Origin: Bryobacteraceae bacterium | GTDB taxonomy: Bacteria > Acidobacteriota > Terriglobia > Bryobacterales > Bryobacteraceae | NCBI GenBank assembly: GCA_036404435.1 | Contig: DASWZN010000025.1 | Span: forward strand, 29,277 to 93,276 | Length of the DNA stretch: 64,000 bases | Direction of reading: 5' to 3' | Shown here: one piece after another, positions 45,730 to 60,307 of the stretch | Layout: each line of letters begins with the position of its first letter | Numbering within the stretch: position 1 is the first letter of the stretch | Notes under the pieces: model-generated | What the model saw: the letters and a program-made list of their open reading frames with translations, nothing else | Databases searched by the model: none | What the model was told of the DNA's origin: nothing | Translations under genes and position numbers: made by a program

Positions 45730-46457
45730 GCGGCCCGCCGGCCGAGGGGACCGCACCCCCGGGCGCCGCCGGCGAAGAGGAAGCGGCACGCTGGGTGCGT
45801 GGGATGTTCGGCCGGGTCGCGCGCCGCTACGATTTCCTCAATCATCTGCTCTCGTTCAACCTGGACCGCCGCTGGCGCGCGCGCACGGTGCGGGAACTGC
45901 GGGCGGCGCTCGAGCGGCCCGGCGCGCGGGTTCTGGACCTCTGCTGTGGCACCGGCGATTTACTGGTGACGCGGGGCGGGCTGGGGATCGATTTCTGCCA
46001 TCCGATGCTGCTGGCCGCGCGCGGCAAACGGCCTGGTGCTGCGCTGGTGGAGGCCGATGCCCTGGCGCTGCCGCTGGCGGACCGGTCGTTCGACGTGGCC
46101 GCCACCGCGTTCGGTTTCCGCAACCTGGCCAATTACGAAAAGGCCCTTCGGGAGATCGAGCGGGTGTTGAAGCCGGGCGGCGTGGCGGCAATCCTGGAGT
46201 TCTCGCAACCGCCCTCAGCCCTTTTCGCGGCGCTCTACCGTTTCTACTCCCGACGCATTCTTCCGGCCGTCGGCGGCGCGCTCTCGGGGGAACGGGGCGC
46301 GTACGAATACCTGCCGGAGTCGGTGCGGAAGTTTCCCAGCGCGGACCGGCTCGCGGATATGATGCGCGAGGCCGGCTTCGTCGAGGTGCGCTTTGAGCGC
46401 CTGACCGGCGGCATCGTCGCGCTGCATTTGGGAACTACTGCGTGCGCAGCGAGGTGA
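45726..46457 (+). CDS. ubiE: demethylmenaquinone/ubiquinone C-methyltransferase (UbiE/MenG family)
   Basis: Its ATG overlaps the aroB stop (ATGA). Motifs VARRYDFLNHLLSFNLDRRWR, LDLCCGTGDL and FGFRNLANYEKAL are present. Confidence 0.85.
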   Translation: MSGPPAEGTAPPGAAGEEEAARWVRGMFGRVARRYDFLNHLLSFNLDRRWRARTVRELRAALERPGARVLDLCCGTGDLLVTRGGLGIDFCHPMLLAARGKRPGAALVEADALALPLADRSFDVAATAFGFRNLANYEKALREIERVLKPGGVAAILEFSQPPSALFAALYRFYSRRILPAVGGALSGERGAYEYLPESVRKFPSADRLADMMREAGFVEVRFERLTGGIVALHLGTTACAAR

Positions 46458-46589
46458 CGGGATCGACGCGGGTGGCGCGCCAGGCGGGCAGGGATGGTTC
46501 GGGTCCCCGGCGGGAACGAGCCAACAAACGGCGGGATATTCGCACGCAGTGTTTGATCGGCGAACGCGAGGGGTCGAGTCGAAGGAACA

Positions 46590-46617
46590 GCGGGACTGCC
46601 CTCCGGAGGGCAGTCCC
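46590..46617. terminator. perfect 12-bp stem hairpin between convergent ubiE and gap (bidirectional terminator candidate)
   Basis: CGGGACTGCCCT-CCGG-AGGGCAGTCCCG read directly. It lies 8 nt downstream of the gap stop codon, and there is no long T-run on either side. Confidence 0.6.
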
Positions 46618-46625
46618 GCAGTATC

Positions 46626-47651
<1,026 letters not shown>

Positions 47652-47891
47652 TTAGGCGTTGTGGAATCCACAGAAACGGCTGGGGAACCGTCCTGCAAGG
47701 AAATAACCTTAGATGATACCAGACCCGGACAGCCAAAATTGATGGGCGACAGGCGCCGCTGGTAGGACGTCACACAAAACAAGTTCGCCAAGCGCCGCGG
47801 AATTCTCGCCGAAGCCATGCGGACGAAGCCCGGCTGATTCCGGGGCTCATCAACTCAATGGCTGTCAGCTCCGGCGCGAACGCGGACGGGA

Positions 47892-50800
47892 CTATTCGGA
47901 CTTGGACGCCAGCGGGCCCAGGGCTTCGCGCACCTTGGCCGCCAGGGAGCGCGGAGAGAACGGCTTTTGCAGATAGGCCATGTTGCCGGCGAGCTCGCCC
48001 TCGCCCGCGATCAACTTGTCCGCGTAGCCCGACATAAAGAGAACCTTGATTTGCGGCCTCAGCTCTGTCAGCTTCGCGGCCAGTTCCGGACCGGTCATGC
48101 CGGGCATGACGACATCGGTCACCATCATCTGGATCGGCCCAGTGTAGATTTCGCAGAGCTGAAGAGCGTCCACACCGCTCGCGGCTCCCAGTACTTTGTA
48201 CCCGTAGCTCTCGAGAACCTCCATCGCCAGGTGCCGGACTTCGGCCTGATCCTCCACCACCAGCAGCGTCTCATCGCCGCGCAGGTCGGCTGCCGGCGTC
48301 TTGGAAACCTCCGCCGCGACGACCTCGCCTTCGGCGCGAGGCAGGCAGATGTGGAACGTGGTGCCCGCGCCGGGTTCGCTGCGAACCCAGATGTGCCCGC
48401 CGGCCTGCTTGACGATCCCGTAGACCGTGGACAGCCCCAGACCGGTTCCCTTCGCTTTCTCCTTGGTAGTGAAGAACGGCTCGAACAGGTGGCTGCGGGT
48501 GTATTCATCCATCCCCGAGCCGGTATCGCCGACGGCCAGTTCTACGTAAGAGCCGCCAGCCAGCTCCGGGCGACTTTCGCCGGCATTGAAGTCGCTTGTC
48601 TCGATGATCAGCTTGCCTCCGCGCGGCATGGCGTCGCGCGCGTTGACGGCCAGGTTCATCAAGACCTGGTTGATCTGGTTGGGATCGGCAACTACCTTTC
48701 CCGCAGCTTCGAGACGGACCATCAGCTCGATGTCCTCGCCGATGAGGCGGCCGATCATCTTTTCCACGTCCAGGATCACGAGGTTCAGGTCCAGGACCTT
48801 GGGCTGGACGACCTGCCGCCTGCCGAAGGCCAGCAACTGCTCGGTCAAGGCCGCCGCACGCTGCGCCGCCTTGCGGATCTCGCCCACGGAGGTTGCCAGG
48901 AAACCGTCCGCGGGCAACTCTTCGAGCACCAGTTCGCCGCAGCAGATGATGACGGTCAGCAGGTTGTTGAAGTCGTGGGCCACGCCCCCGGCCAGGCGGC
49001 CGATGCTCTCCAGCCGTTGAGCTTGCAGGAACTGATCCTGCAAGCGCCGGTACTCGGTGACGTCCTGGGCGGTGGCGATCATGCGTTGGTTGCCGGAATC
49101 GTCGGTCTCGAGTTCCCCATGCTGGCGAACCCATCTCTGTGTACCGTCCGGGCGAATAATGCGGTGGTCCACGCGAAATGCTTTGCCGGTCTCGATCGTG
49201 GCCCGTACGGCGGCCAGGACCGCCTCGCAGTCCTCCGCGGGGATGGTTGCGGCAATGGCCTTCGGAGTCGGTGCGAAGGATTCCTTGGAGACGCCCCAGA
49301 TGCGGTAGAGCTCGTTGGACCAGCGACAGGGCTCGGTGGCAGACTCGGTCTCGAGACTCTGCGTGGTCGCCTCCCAGCTACCCAGCTCCGCAATCCGCTG
49401 GGCGCGTTCCAGCCGGGCCTCGCTCTTCCGTAAAGCGTCTTCGGTGTGCTTGCGCTCGGTGACGTCCTGCGCCACCCCCAGGACCTTGCTGGGAATGCCG
49501 TCGGTGCGGGAGAACACCATGTCGCGGCAGTGCACCCAGCACCAATGGCCGTCGGCGTGCCGCATACGATATTCGATCTCGAGGGTCTCGCCGTCCGCGG
49601 CGGCGCGGCAGCGGCGAAGGTGCTGGGCCACCGCGGGCGCATCCTCGGGGTGGAGAATCTGGCCCATCAGGTCGGCGCCCAGCGCCTGCGCGCGCTCGAA
49701 GCTGTATCCCAGGAACTCGGTCACATGCCGGTTCGCAAAGGTATTCCGGCCTTCTGCGAGGTCGTAGATGTAGAGCAGGTCCGGAGTGGCGTTGAGGATG
49801 CGATGAACCAGACGCCGGCTGGCGTCGAGTTCCTCTTCCATCTTCTTGCGCTCCGTGAAGTCCATGTGGGAGCCGATCACGCGGCGCGGCTGCCCTTGGG
49901 CATCGAACAGGAGCGCGCCCCGGGCGAGAATCCAGCGGTAGCTTCCGTCCTTGTGCCGCAACCGGAAATCCGCTTCAAACTCGGGCGAGGCGGCGTCCAG
50001 GGACCTGATTACGGCCATCGCGCGCTCGCGGTCCTCGGGGTGCAGCCGGTTCTCCCACTCGTCCAGGGTGTTGCCGATCTCGCCGGGCGCATAGCCAAGC
50101 TGCGCCTTCCACTCCGGCGAGTAGTAAACCTCCTTGGACCGAAGATCGTAGTCCCACAGCCCGGTCTTCGAGACCTGGACCGCCAACTGCAAGCGGCGTT
50201 CGCTCTCGCGTAACGCCTCCTCGGCGCGCTTCCGCTCCGTGACCTCGCGGAAAAAGACCAAGGCACCATCCGCGTTAAGGTAGCGGAAGGGTTCCGCGGA
50301 CACCTCCACGTCGATAACGGAGCCGTCCAGCTTGACGTACTTCTCCTGGGCAGCCGGCACGCGCCGCTTCTCTTCCCGGAGTTCGCGTATTCTCTCCCGC
50401 ACCAGCGCATGGCAATCCGGATGAATCCGCTCCAGCACGGGCCGGGCCAAGAGCTGGTCCGCGGACTCGGCGCCGAAGGCAGCCACTGCGGCCGGGTTGA
50501 CGTAGCGGATACAGCCGCCGGTTTGTATGAAAATCGCCTCGGGCGCGGTTTCCACCGCCAGCCGAAAGCGTTCCTCGCTCTCGATCAGGGATTCTTCCGT
50601 CTTCTTGCGGTCGGTGATGTCGGAGATGACTACCAGGATGCCGACCGCCGATCCGCTGCCGTCGAACAGCGGCGCGGAGCTCACGCTGACCTCAATCGGC
50701 GAGCCGTCCTTCCGCAGGCGCGTCGCTTCGATCGCGCTCAGGGCCTTGCCGGCCAACTGTTGCTTCCAGAGCTGCCGTCCTCCGGCCCGGTCCTCTTCCG

Positions 50801-52409
50801 AGTACATGGCGTCGGGAACGTGCTGGCCGACAACCTCCTGCGCCGTCCAGCCATAAATACGCTCGGCGGCTTTGTTCCAGAGCTGAATGAGCCCCTTCCG
50901 ATCCAATACGACAATGCCCGCCGGCGCGGCCTGGATAACCGCCTCCAGTCTCTGCTTGGCCTGCCGCAGCTCTTCTTCCATCGTTTTGCGTTCGGTGATA
51001 TCGCGAACGATGGTCTGCAGAAACTTGACGCCGTCCACGTCGATCGTTCTGGTGCTGGCCTCGACGGGGAAGACCGTCCCGTCCTGGCGGCGGTGCCAGG
51101 TCTCAATCACTCTCGCGTCCGCTTCGATTTCCGCAGGCGGCTGGCTCTCCGATTCGGCCGTATGGAGCTGCCACAGATCGCCGAGGCGCTTCCGCAACAG
51201 ATCCTCGCGGCTGTAGCCGTACGCGGCAGAGGCACGTTGGTTGGCCTCTATGATGCACCCCTCCGTGTTGGCGAGGAGAATGATGTCATTGGCGTAGTGG
51301 CTGAGGTAGTCGAAGTGCCCCACCAGCGCCCGGCGCTCCACTTCGGACTCATAGGCCTGCTTGTAGAACCGCAGCCGCTGGTGGCGCCACAACACACCCA
51401 GGCCGAAACCGGCGGCCGCGATCAACGCCGCCACCCGGAGTGCGAGGACGGCGGACTGCCCGCGCAGCGGCAGCTCGGCTTCTTCCAGGTCCATCTCGGC
51501 CAACACGGACCAAGTCGTGGCCGGGACCTTGCGCATCGCAGCCAGCACCGGAACCCCCCGGTAGTCCTGTCCCTTCATCGTCGCGCCGCGTTCGAGCGCG
51601 GCCTGGGCGACGGCCGAAAGGGCTATTCCAGCCGGCAGGGGCTCGGCGCCGTCCTTGCGGCGCCGAGAGTCGCTTAGTGGCAGGTCGCTCGCTCCCTCCC
51701 GGCGCAGGAGCAGGATATCGCCGTTCCCGCCCGGAACCGGCCAGGGCTGGATCAGAGGATATAACGACTTGCGAGCGTCGATCCCCAAAACCAGGGTTGC
51801 GGTGGGCGAACTGGCGCCCGCGGCCAACGGAATCACCAGTCCAAGATCGATGCCCTCCTGACGCTGGTCGCTCGGCAAGTCCGCCAGCACGACACCCCCG
51901 GCCTGTCGAGCCTGTTCGGAGAGACGGGCGTAAAGCTCTGGGGAGCCGGCCACGCCAAAGGCGACACGGGTCCGCCCTTGACGGTCGACCAGAACGGCGT
52001 TTGCGTAGACGGCCGCCTTCGAGTGTTGCATCCATTGGCGCACAATGGCGATCGCTGCTGCATCGTCCGTCCCTTCGAGCGAGTGAACAGCGGAGGGCAA
52101 CGCGGCAGCGGCCATGATGGCGCGCGCGTCTTTAAAGCGCTCCTCCCGCCACGCCGTAACCTGGCTGACCTTCATGTCGGCAATGGCGGAGAGCTGATTC
52201 CCTATTTCGTGCAGGAATGCATCGCGCTCATGAAGGAAGTACCAGTAGCTCGCTCCCGCCAGACCGGTGGCCAGCACGAGGAAGACCGCGAAGGGAAGGA
52301 AGAGGCTAGGGCCCGAGGGGTCGCCCGGCCGGTGAACAGGGTGGTCCGGCGGGGTCAGGCCTTCGGGCCGGCTGCCCGGATCGACGTGCTTATGGAACAA
52401 GGTCTGCAC
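47892..52409 (-). CDS. hybrid sensor histidine kinase: 2 TM + extracytoplasmic domain, six PAS/PAC modules, HisKA, HATPase, C-terminal receiver
   Basis: 1505 aa. Six modules each end in a D(I/V)T(E/D)(R/Y)(K/R) PAC-like motif. The H-box is GGVAHDFNNLL, with N/G boxes (NLAVNARDAM, DTGSGM, GTGLGLS). The receiver has LLVVEDQAEV ... MVTDVVMPGMTG ... YLQKPF. Confidence 0.85.
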   Translation of the reverse strand: MQTLFHKHVDPGSRPEGLTPPDHPVHRPGDPSGPSLFLPFAVFLVLATGLAGASYWYFLHERDAFLHEIGNQLSAIADMKVSQVTAWREERFKDARAIMAAAALPSAVHSLEGTDDAAAIAIVRQWMQHSKAAVYANAVLVDRQGRTRVAFGVAGSPELYARLSEQARQAGGVVLADLPSDQRQEGIDLGLVIPLAAGASSPTATLVLGIDARKSLYPLIQPWPVPGGNGDILLLRREGASDLPLSDSRRRKDGAEPLPAGIALSAVAQAALERGATMKGQDYRGVPVLAAMRKVPATTWSVLAEMDLEEAELPLRGQSAVLALRVAALIAAAGFGLGVLWRHQRLRFYKQAYESEVERRALVGHFDYLSHYANDIILLANTEGCIIEANQRASAAYGYSREDLLRKRLGDLWQLHTAESESQPPAEIEADARVIETWHRRQDGTVFPVEASTRTIDVDGVKFLQTIVRDITERKTMEEELRQAKQRLEAVIQAAPAGIVVLDRKGLIQLWNKAAERIYGWTAQEVVGQHVPDAMYSEEDRAGGRQLWKQQLAGKALSAIEATRLRKDGSPIEVSVSSAPLFDGSGSAVGILVVISDITDRKKTEESLIESEERFRLAVETAPEAIFIQTGGCIRYVNPAAVAAFGAESADQLLARPVLERIHPDCHALVRERIRELREEKRRVPAAQEKYVKLDGSVIDVEVSAEPFRYLNADGALVFFREVTERKRAEEALRESERRLQLAVQVSKTGLWDYDLRSKEVYYSPEWKAQLGYAPGEIGNTLDEWENRLHPEDRERAMAVIRSLDAASPEFEADFRLRHKDGSYRWILARGALLFDAQGQPRRVIGSHMDFTERKKMEEELDASRRLVHRILNATPDLLYIYDLAEGRNTFANRHVTEFLGYSFERAQALGADLMGQILHPEDAPAVAQHLRRCRAAADGETLEIEYRMRHADGHWCWVHCRDMVFSRTDGIPSKVLGVAQDVTERKHTEDALRKSEARLERAQRIAELGSWEATTQSLETESATEPCRWSNELYRIWGVSKESFAPTPKAIAATIPAEDCEAVLAAVRATIETGKAFRVDHRIIRPDGTQRWVRQHGELETDDSGNQRMIATAQDVTEYRRLQDQFLQAQRLESIGRLAGGVAHDFNNLLTVIICCGELVLEELPADGFLATSVGEIRKAAQRAAALTEQLLAFGRRQVVQPKVLDLNLVILDVEKMIGRLIGEDIELMVRLEAAGKVVADPNQINQVLMNLAVNARDAMPRGGKLIIETSDFNAGESRPELAGGSYVELAVGDTGSGMDEYTRSHLFEPFFTTKEKAKGTGLGLSTVYGIVKQAGGHIWVRSEPGAGTTFHICLPRAEGEVVAAEVSKTPAADLRGDETLLVVEDQAEVRHLAMEVLESYGYKVLGAASGVDALQLCEIYTGPIQMMVTDVVMPGMTGPELAAKLTELRPQIKVLFMSGYADKLIAGEGELAGNMAYLQKPFSPRSLAAKVREALGPLASKSE

Positions 52410-52588
52410 AGTCCAACCGCCAGAAATCCACGCAAACAGCGAAGAGCATTATAACCCGGTTTTGTGCGGCAGCTATTCGTTACCGCACTTTTGGGGCGCC
52501 GGAGAGCCGGCGCCAGCCCCCCCGCTCGCCGCGCCGGGTCTCGATCTCCGCCCTCCGCCGATGGCGGAAACACGGTAGAATTCCTTAA

Positions 52589-53640
52589 GTGCAAGGAGCG
52601 CGAAAGGTGAACAGACAGGACTTCGGAAAGACCCCGGACGGCACGCCCGTCGAACTCTACACGCTGGCGAATTCCCGCGGCGTTGAAGCCACAATCATGA
52701 CCTATGGCGGGACGGTCGTCTCGCTCCACACGCCGGACAGCAAGGGCCGGTCGGGCGATGTGGTCCTCGGCTTCGACAGCCTCGACAGCTATCTCGCCGG
52801 CGATAATCCGTTCTTCGGAGCGCTGATCGGCCGTTACGGGAACCGGATCGCCAAGGGCAGGTTCACGCTCAACGGCGTCGAATACAAACTCGCGCAGAAC
52901 AACGGCGAGAACAACCTGCATGGCGGACCGCGCGGATTCGACAAGGTTGTGTGGCAGGTCAAAGACGCCGGCCCGCAGTCGCTGGAACTCGGCTATCTGA
53001 GCAAAGACGGCGATCAAGGGTTTCCCGGCAACCTGGACGTGACGGTGCGGTACACTCTGACCGGCGACAACGAGCTGGGGATCGATTACAGCGCCACGAC
53101 GGATCGGGACACGATCGTCAATCTCACCAACCATTCCTACTTCAATCTGGCCTGTGAGGGCGACAACCTGGGTCACCTGCTGACGCTCAACGCGGACCGC
53201 TTCACGCCCGTCGATGCCGGCCTCATTCCGACCGGCGAGCTAGCGAGCGTGGCGGGCACGCCGTTCGATTTCCGCCAACCGGTCGCCATCGGAGCGCGGA
53301 TCGACCAGGACGACGTGCAGATCGCCAGAGGCGGCGGATACGACCACAACTTCGTGCTGAACCGCAGCGGCGAGGGACTGTCTCCGGTGGCGAAAGTTGT
53401 GGAGCCGGGAACGGGCCGCGTCCTCGAGGTGTTCACGACCGAGCCGGGCTTTCAGTTCTATTCCGGGAATTTCATCGGCAAGCTGCGGGGCAAAGGCGGC
53501 AGGCTCTACGGGCCCCGCTCGGGGTTCTGTCTCGAAACCCAGCACTATCCCGACTCGCCCAACCACCCGAGTTTCCCGACTACGGTTCTCAAACCCGGCC
53601 AGCGCTACCACACCACGACGATCCACAAGTTCTCGGCCGT

Positions 53641-53644
<4 letters not shown>
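52589..53644 (+). CDS. galM: aldose 1-epimerase (galactose mutarotase)
   Basis: 351 aa with [31 protein letters not shown] and LTNHSYFNL. The start could be the GTG at 52607 instead. Confidence 0.85.
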
Positions 53645-54669
<1,025 letters not shown>

Positions 54670-54696
54670 TCTGGCCTCGGCACTATGCCCCCGGCG

Positions 54697-54795
54697 GAGC
54701 CGCTTGCTTACGCGCGCGGTTCGGTGCTGCCGTCGGCGCCCGGTGTTGCCGTCCGCGGCCGGAGCACTGAACCGCGACCGTCTGGGAGCGGACCC
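54697..54795. repeat. dispersed repeat, two inverted arms (palindromic element)
   Basis: The forward arm is GAGCCGCTTGCTTACGCGCGCGGTTCGGTGCTGCC. After a roughly 31-nt spacer the reverse arm is GGAGCACTGAACCGCGACCGTCTGGGAGCGGACCC. It can fold as a long imperfect hairpin. Confidence 0.8.
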
Positions 54796-54811
54796 TTTCT
54801 AGCCGATCTTC

Positions 54812-55558
54812 TCACACTCCAGCCAAGCTCTCCGCCAGCATTCCCAAGAACACCACGAAGTTGAAGCCCGCGTGCATGTAAGTCGAGGCGGCGGTCGAGC
54901 CGGTGCGGTGGCGCATCCAGCCGAAGGCCGATCCGGCAAGGAGCATGACGATGAGCTGTTGCCAGCTCCAGGCGTATTCGGCGCCATGCAACGCCGCGAA
55001 GGGCACCGCCTGCAGCAACACACCGCCCACGGCGCCAAACGTACTCACGAGCAGCGGCTGGAGAAAGCCGCGGAACGCCAGCTCTTCGAACAGCGGGCCC
55101 AGGGTCACCGCGAAAAAACCCATCAGCAGGAGCGACGAGCGACCCTTCAGCAGCTCTTCCATGGGCGTCTTGACGTGGGGAGTCGGAAGCAGGCTCGAGA
55201 TCGTGACGCAAGTCAAAGCGGTCAGCAGCCCCCAGCCGGCGGCGTCCCAAAACCCGCGCGGCGCCTTCACCCAGGCCAGCGAGCGCCAGAAGGGGCGGCC
55301 GTATCCAAGACGCATCACCCCGTACAGAACTACGAACCAGAGGCCCTCGAACGCGAAGGTCACGGCCAGCGCCTGCACGGCGCCGACGGGGGCCTTAAAG
55401 AAGACCAGGGCCAGCCTGCCGACGAGCATCAGGAGAACGAAGGCGACGGCGATGAGAAACATCAGATCGCGGTAGCCCCAAAAGGGAACCCGCTCCGGTT
55501 CGGGCGGAGCTTCGAGCGGAGGCGGCAACAGCGGCGGCGGCTCGGAAGGGTCGGTCAT
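54812..55558 (-). CDS. CPBP-family (CAAX/Abi) intramembrane metalloprotease
   Basis: 248 aa and multi-pass. Motif 1 is FEELAFRGFLQP, motif 2 FAALHG and motif 3 HAGFNF. Confidence 0.85.
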   Translation of the reverse strand: MTDPSEPPPLLPPPLEAPPEPERVPFWGYRDLMFLIAVAFVLLMLVGRLALVFFKAPVGAVQALAVTFAFEGLWFVVLYGVMRLGYGRPFWRSLAWVKAPRGFWDAAGWGLLTALTCVTISSLLPTPHVKTPMEELLKGRSSLLLMGFFAVTLGPLFEELAFRGFLQPLLVSTFGAVGGVLLQAVPFAALHGAEYAWSWQQLIVMLLAGSAFGWMRHRTGSTAASTYMHAGFNFVVFLGMLAESLAGV

Positions 55559-56504
55559 GATTGGCGCTCGATGAGGACCGCCGCCAGCAGCGGCACCATC
55601 AACTCGTGATGGCCGGTGATGGCGATCCCGCGGCCACCCGAGCGGGTATGCGGCCGCTCGACCACGTTCACGCGGGGGCGGTAGTGTTGGAGGAAGTCCA
55701 GATTAACGGTGGTAAAGTCTTCGAGCCGGCTGCCCAGGTTCCGCACTACGGACACGGCCTTGAGAAAGACTTCAGGCATTACCACAGCCGAGCCGAGGTT
55801 GAGGTACACGCCGCCGGAATCGAGCTGCGACACCAGGCGGCAGAACAGACGCAGGTCGCGGTGGGTGGCGCGGCCGATGGCGGCGGGGTCTGCGGCCGGA
55901 TGGGTGTGCGGCGTGTCGGTGCCGATGGCAACGTGCACGGTGACGGGCGTGCGGTTGCGGTAAGCGGCGGGGAGGAGGCTGGAGTCCTGGCAAGCTGAAG
56001 CTTGCCCTACAAGCCAGCGGCCCAGGGCCTCGCCCATGCCGAGCGAGTCGCGGTCTCCCTCCACGATGGCGGCGTTCATGTCCCGGCCGGTCTCCTCGGC
56101 CACGCCGAAGCGCCCGTCGGGGAGCACGGCTTCGACGTCCTCGCTGGTCGAGCCGGCGATGGCGATCTCAAAATCGTGAATCGCGGCGGAGCCGTTCATG
56201 GCGAAAGCGGTGGCAAATCCGCGCCGCATCAGGTCCGTGAGGATCGGAGCCAGACCGCACTTGATGACGTGCCCGCCCATGCCCCACAGGATCGGCTTCC
56301 CGGCGGCGCGGGCGGCTTCCATTGCTTCGACCACCGCGCGGAAGCCGTCGGCGGCAAGCAGGTGCGGCAGCGATTCGAGCCACGCCGCCACACCGCCCTT
56401 CTGGTACGGCTGGGCGAAATGCTCGAGCCGCACCTTGCCGCCGCGCTCGCGGATGGGGATCGTCTTCAGCCCGGAAAAATCGAGCGGATCGAGGTCGTAT
56501 TGGC

Positions 56505-56508
<4 letters not shown>
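55555..56508 (-). CDS. deoxyhypusine-synthase-like (DHS/homospermidine-synthase fold) protein
   Basis: The GTG at 56508 gives [15 protein letters not shown]... The segment [44 protein letters not shown] resembles the DHS core (G-x-T-x-N-x-I-x-x-G...TTAGG-x-E-x-D). The call is by eye only. Its start overlaps the uvrA stop (GTGA) and its stop overlaps the CPBP start (ATGA). The rest of track ORF 55555-58164 is off-frame over uvrA. Confidence 0.5.
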
Positions 56509-59276
<2,768 letters not shown>

Positions 59277-59548
59277 GGTGGGGGTCGGCGATACTCCGCC
59301 GATTCTCCATTGTCCCCCGAGGGGGGAGTCCGGCGCCAGCGGCCGGGCAACGGCTCACGGGGGCTATCAAAGGGGTTGGACGGCCGGGAGGACCAACAGG
59401 CCAAAACTACAGTACCTGGAGGCGGGTGCGGACCTGAAACGAACTTACTACCCTGATGGTAATGTGAAGTACCAGAACCGCAAATGGCCCTTAAAACGGC
59501 GAAAAACATTGACTAACACCCACAGAACCTAATAGTTTAGAAAGGTCC

Positions 59549-59872
59549 GTGGTAGAACAACGCAGATCCAAGCGATTCGACGTCAAGCTGCCGGTGAAGC
59601 TGGTCCGGAACGGCTTGCGCTCGATTACCGGCGCCGGCGAGACGAAGAACCTCAGCTCAGGCGGGGTTCTCTTTGCTTCGGACACCCGGATCGAAATCGG
59701 CGAGCCGATTGAGTACCTCATCACTCTCGCGCCTTCCGGCGAGGTTGACCTCCACTGCCTGGGAAAGGTGATGCGGCTGGATTCAGCCGTGCGCAATGGC
59801 AGCGAGCCCGACAAGCCCTTCGAGGTCGCGGCCACGGTCGAACGATACGAGTTCATCCGCCAGCGGTCGTAG
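59549..59872 (+). CDS. PilZ-domain protein (c-di-GMP receptor candidate)
   Basis: 107 aa with a GTG start. The RxxxR-type motif QRRSKR is at the N-terminus and the D/NxSxxG motif is NLSSGG. Confidence 0.7.
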   Translation: MVEQRRSKRFDVKLPVKLVRNGLRSITGAGETKNLSSGGVLFASDTRIEIGEPIEYLITLAPSGEVDLHCLGKVMRLDSAVRNGSEPDKPFEVAATVERYEFIRQRS

Positions 59873-59920
59873 GCGCCGAACCGCTACCATGGTTGCAGGG
59901 CCGTTCGCGGTCCGCGCCTC

Positions 59921-60073
59921 ATGAAAACCCGCTTTATCGCCGCCATGGCCTGCTATGCGGTGCTGGCCCTTCTTTCCGCCTTCACCCTCGAGGGCGTGTT
60001 CCGGATCGGGGTATGGATCCTGCTCGGCGGTCTTGTCGTGAAGACCTGGGTTGCCCAGTCGCTGCGGGATTGA
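59921..60073 (+). CDS. 50-aa two-helix membrane micro-protein (below ORF-track size cut-off)
   Basis: My own translation gives MKTRFIAAMACYAVLALLSAFTLEGVFRIGVWILLGGLVVKTWVAQSLRD*. Third positions are GC-rich, and it is followed by an intrinsic terminator. Confidence 0.45.
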   Translation: MKTRFIAAMACYAVLALLSAFTLEGVFRIGVWILLGGLVVKTWVAQSLRD

Positions 60074-60129
60074 ACTCCTCTGCCTCTTGCCGTGTCTCAG
60101 CGTCTTTCCCCTCGGCCGCGTTTTAAAAT

Positions 60130-60169
60130 GGAACGCGAGTCCCGCTTCGGGTTCCGTTTTGGTCTTTTT
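60130..60169 (+). terminator. intrinsic terminator (GGAAC...GTTCC stem followed by GTTTTGGTCTTTTTG)
   Basis: GGAACGCGAGTCCCGCTTCGGGTTCC followed by a T-rich tract, read directly downstream of the PilZ/micro-ORF pair. Confidence 0.6.
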
Positions 60170-60307
60170 GAGGCCCGGCGAAGCGCCATCTCAGCACCTT
60201 TGTACTAAGGTGCCCGCTCCGTAAGTGCGTTCCGCTCTGTCAGGTAAAGGCCTGTCCCGAGGTCGGCCATGGACCTTGCTTCGAGTTGGTTGCGAGGTTG
60301 CATCGCT

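Noticed and set aside
59277-59548. uvrA upstream region examined for a LexA/SOS box or a structured ncRNA (hairpin GTCCCCCGAGGGGGGAG)
   Set aside because: I found no recognisable CTGT-N8-ACAG or GAAC-N4-GTTC type box. The hairpin is short and G/C-homopolymeric, so the evidence is insufficient to call a feature.
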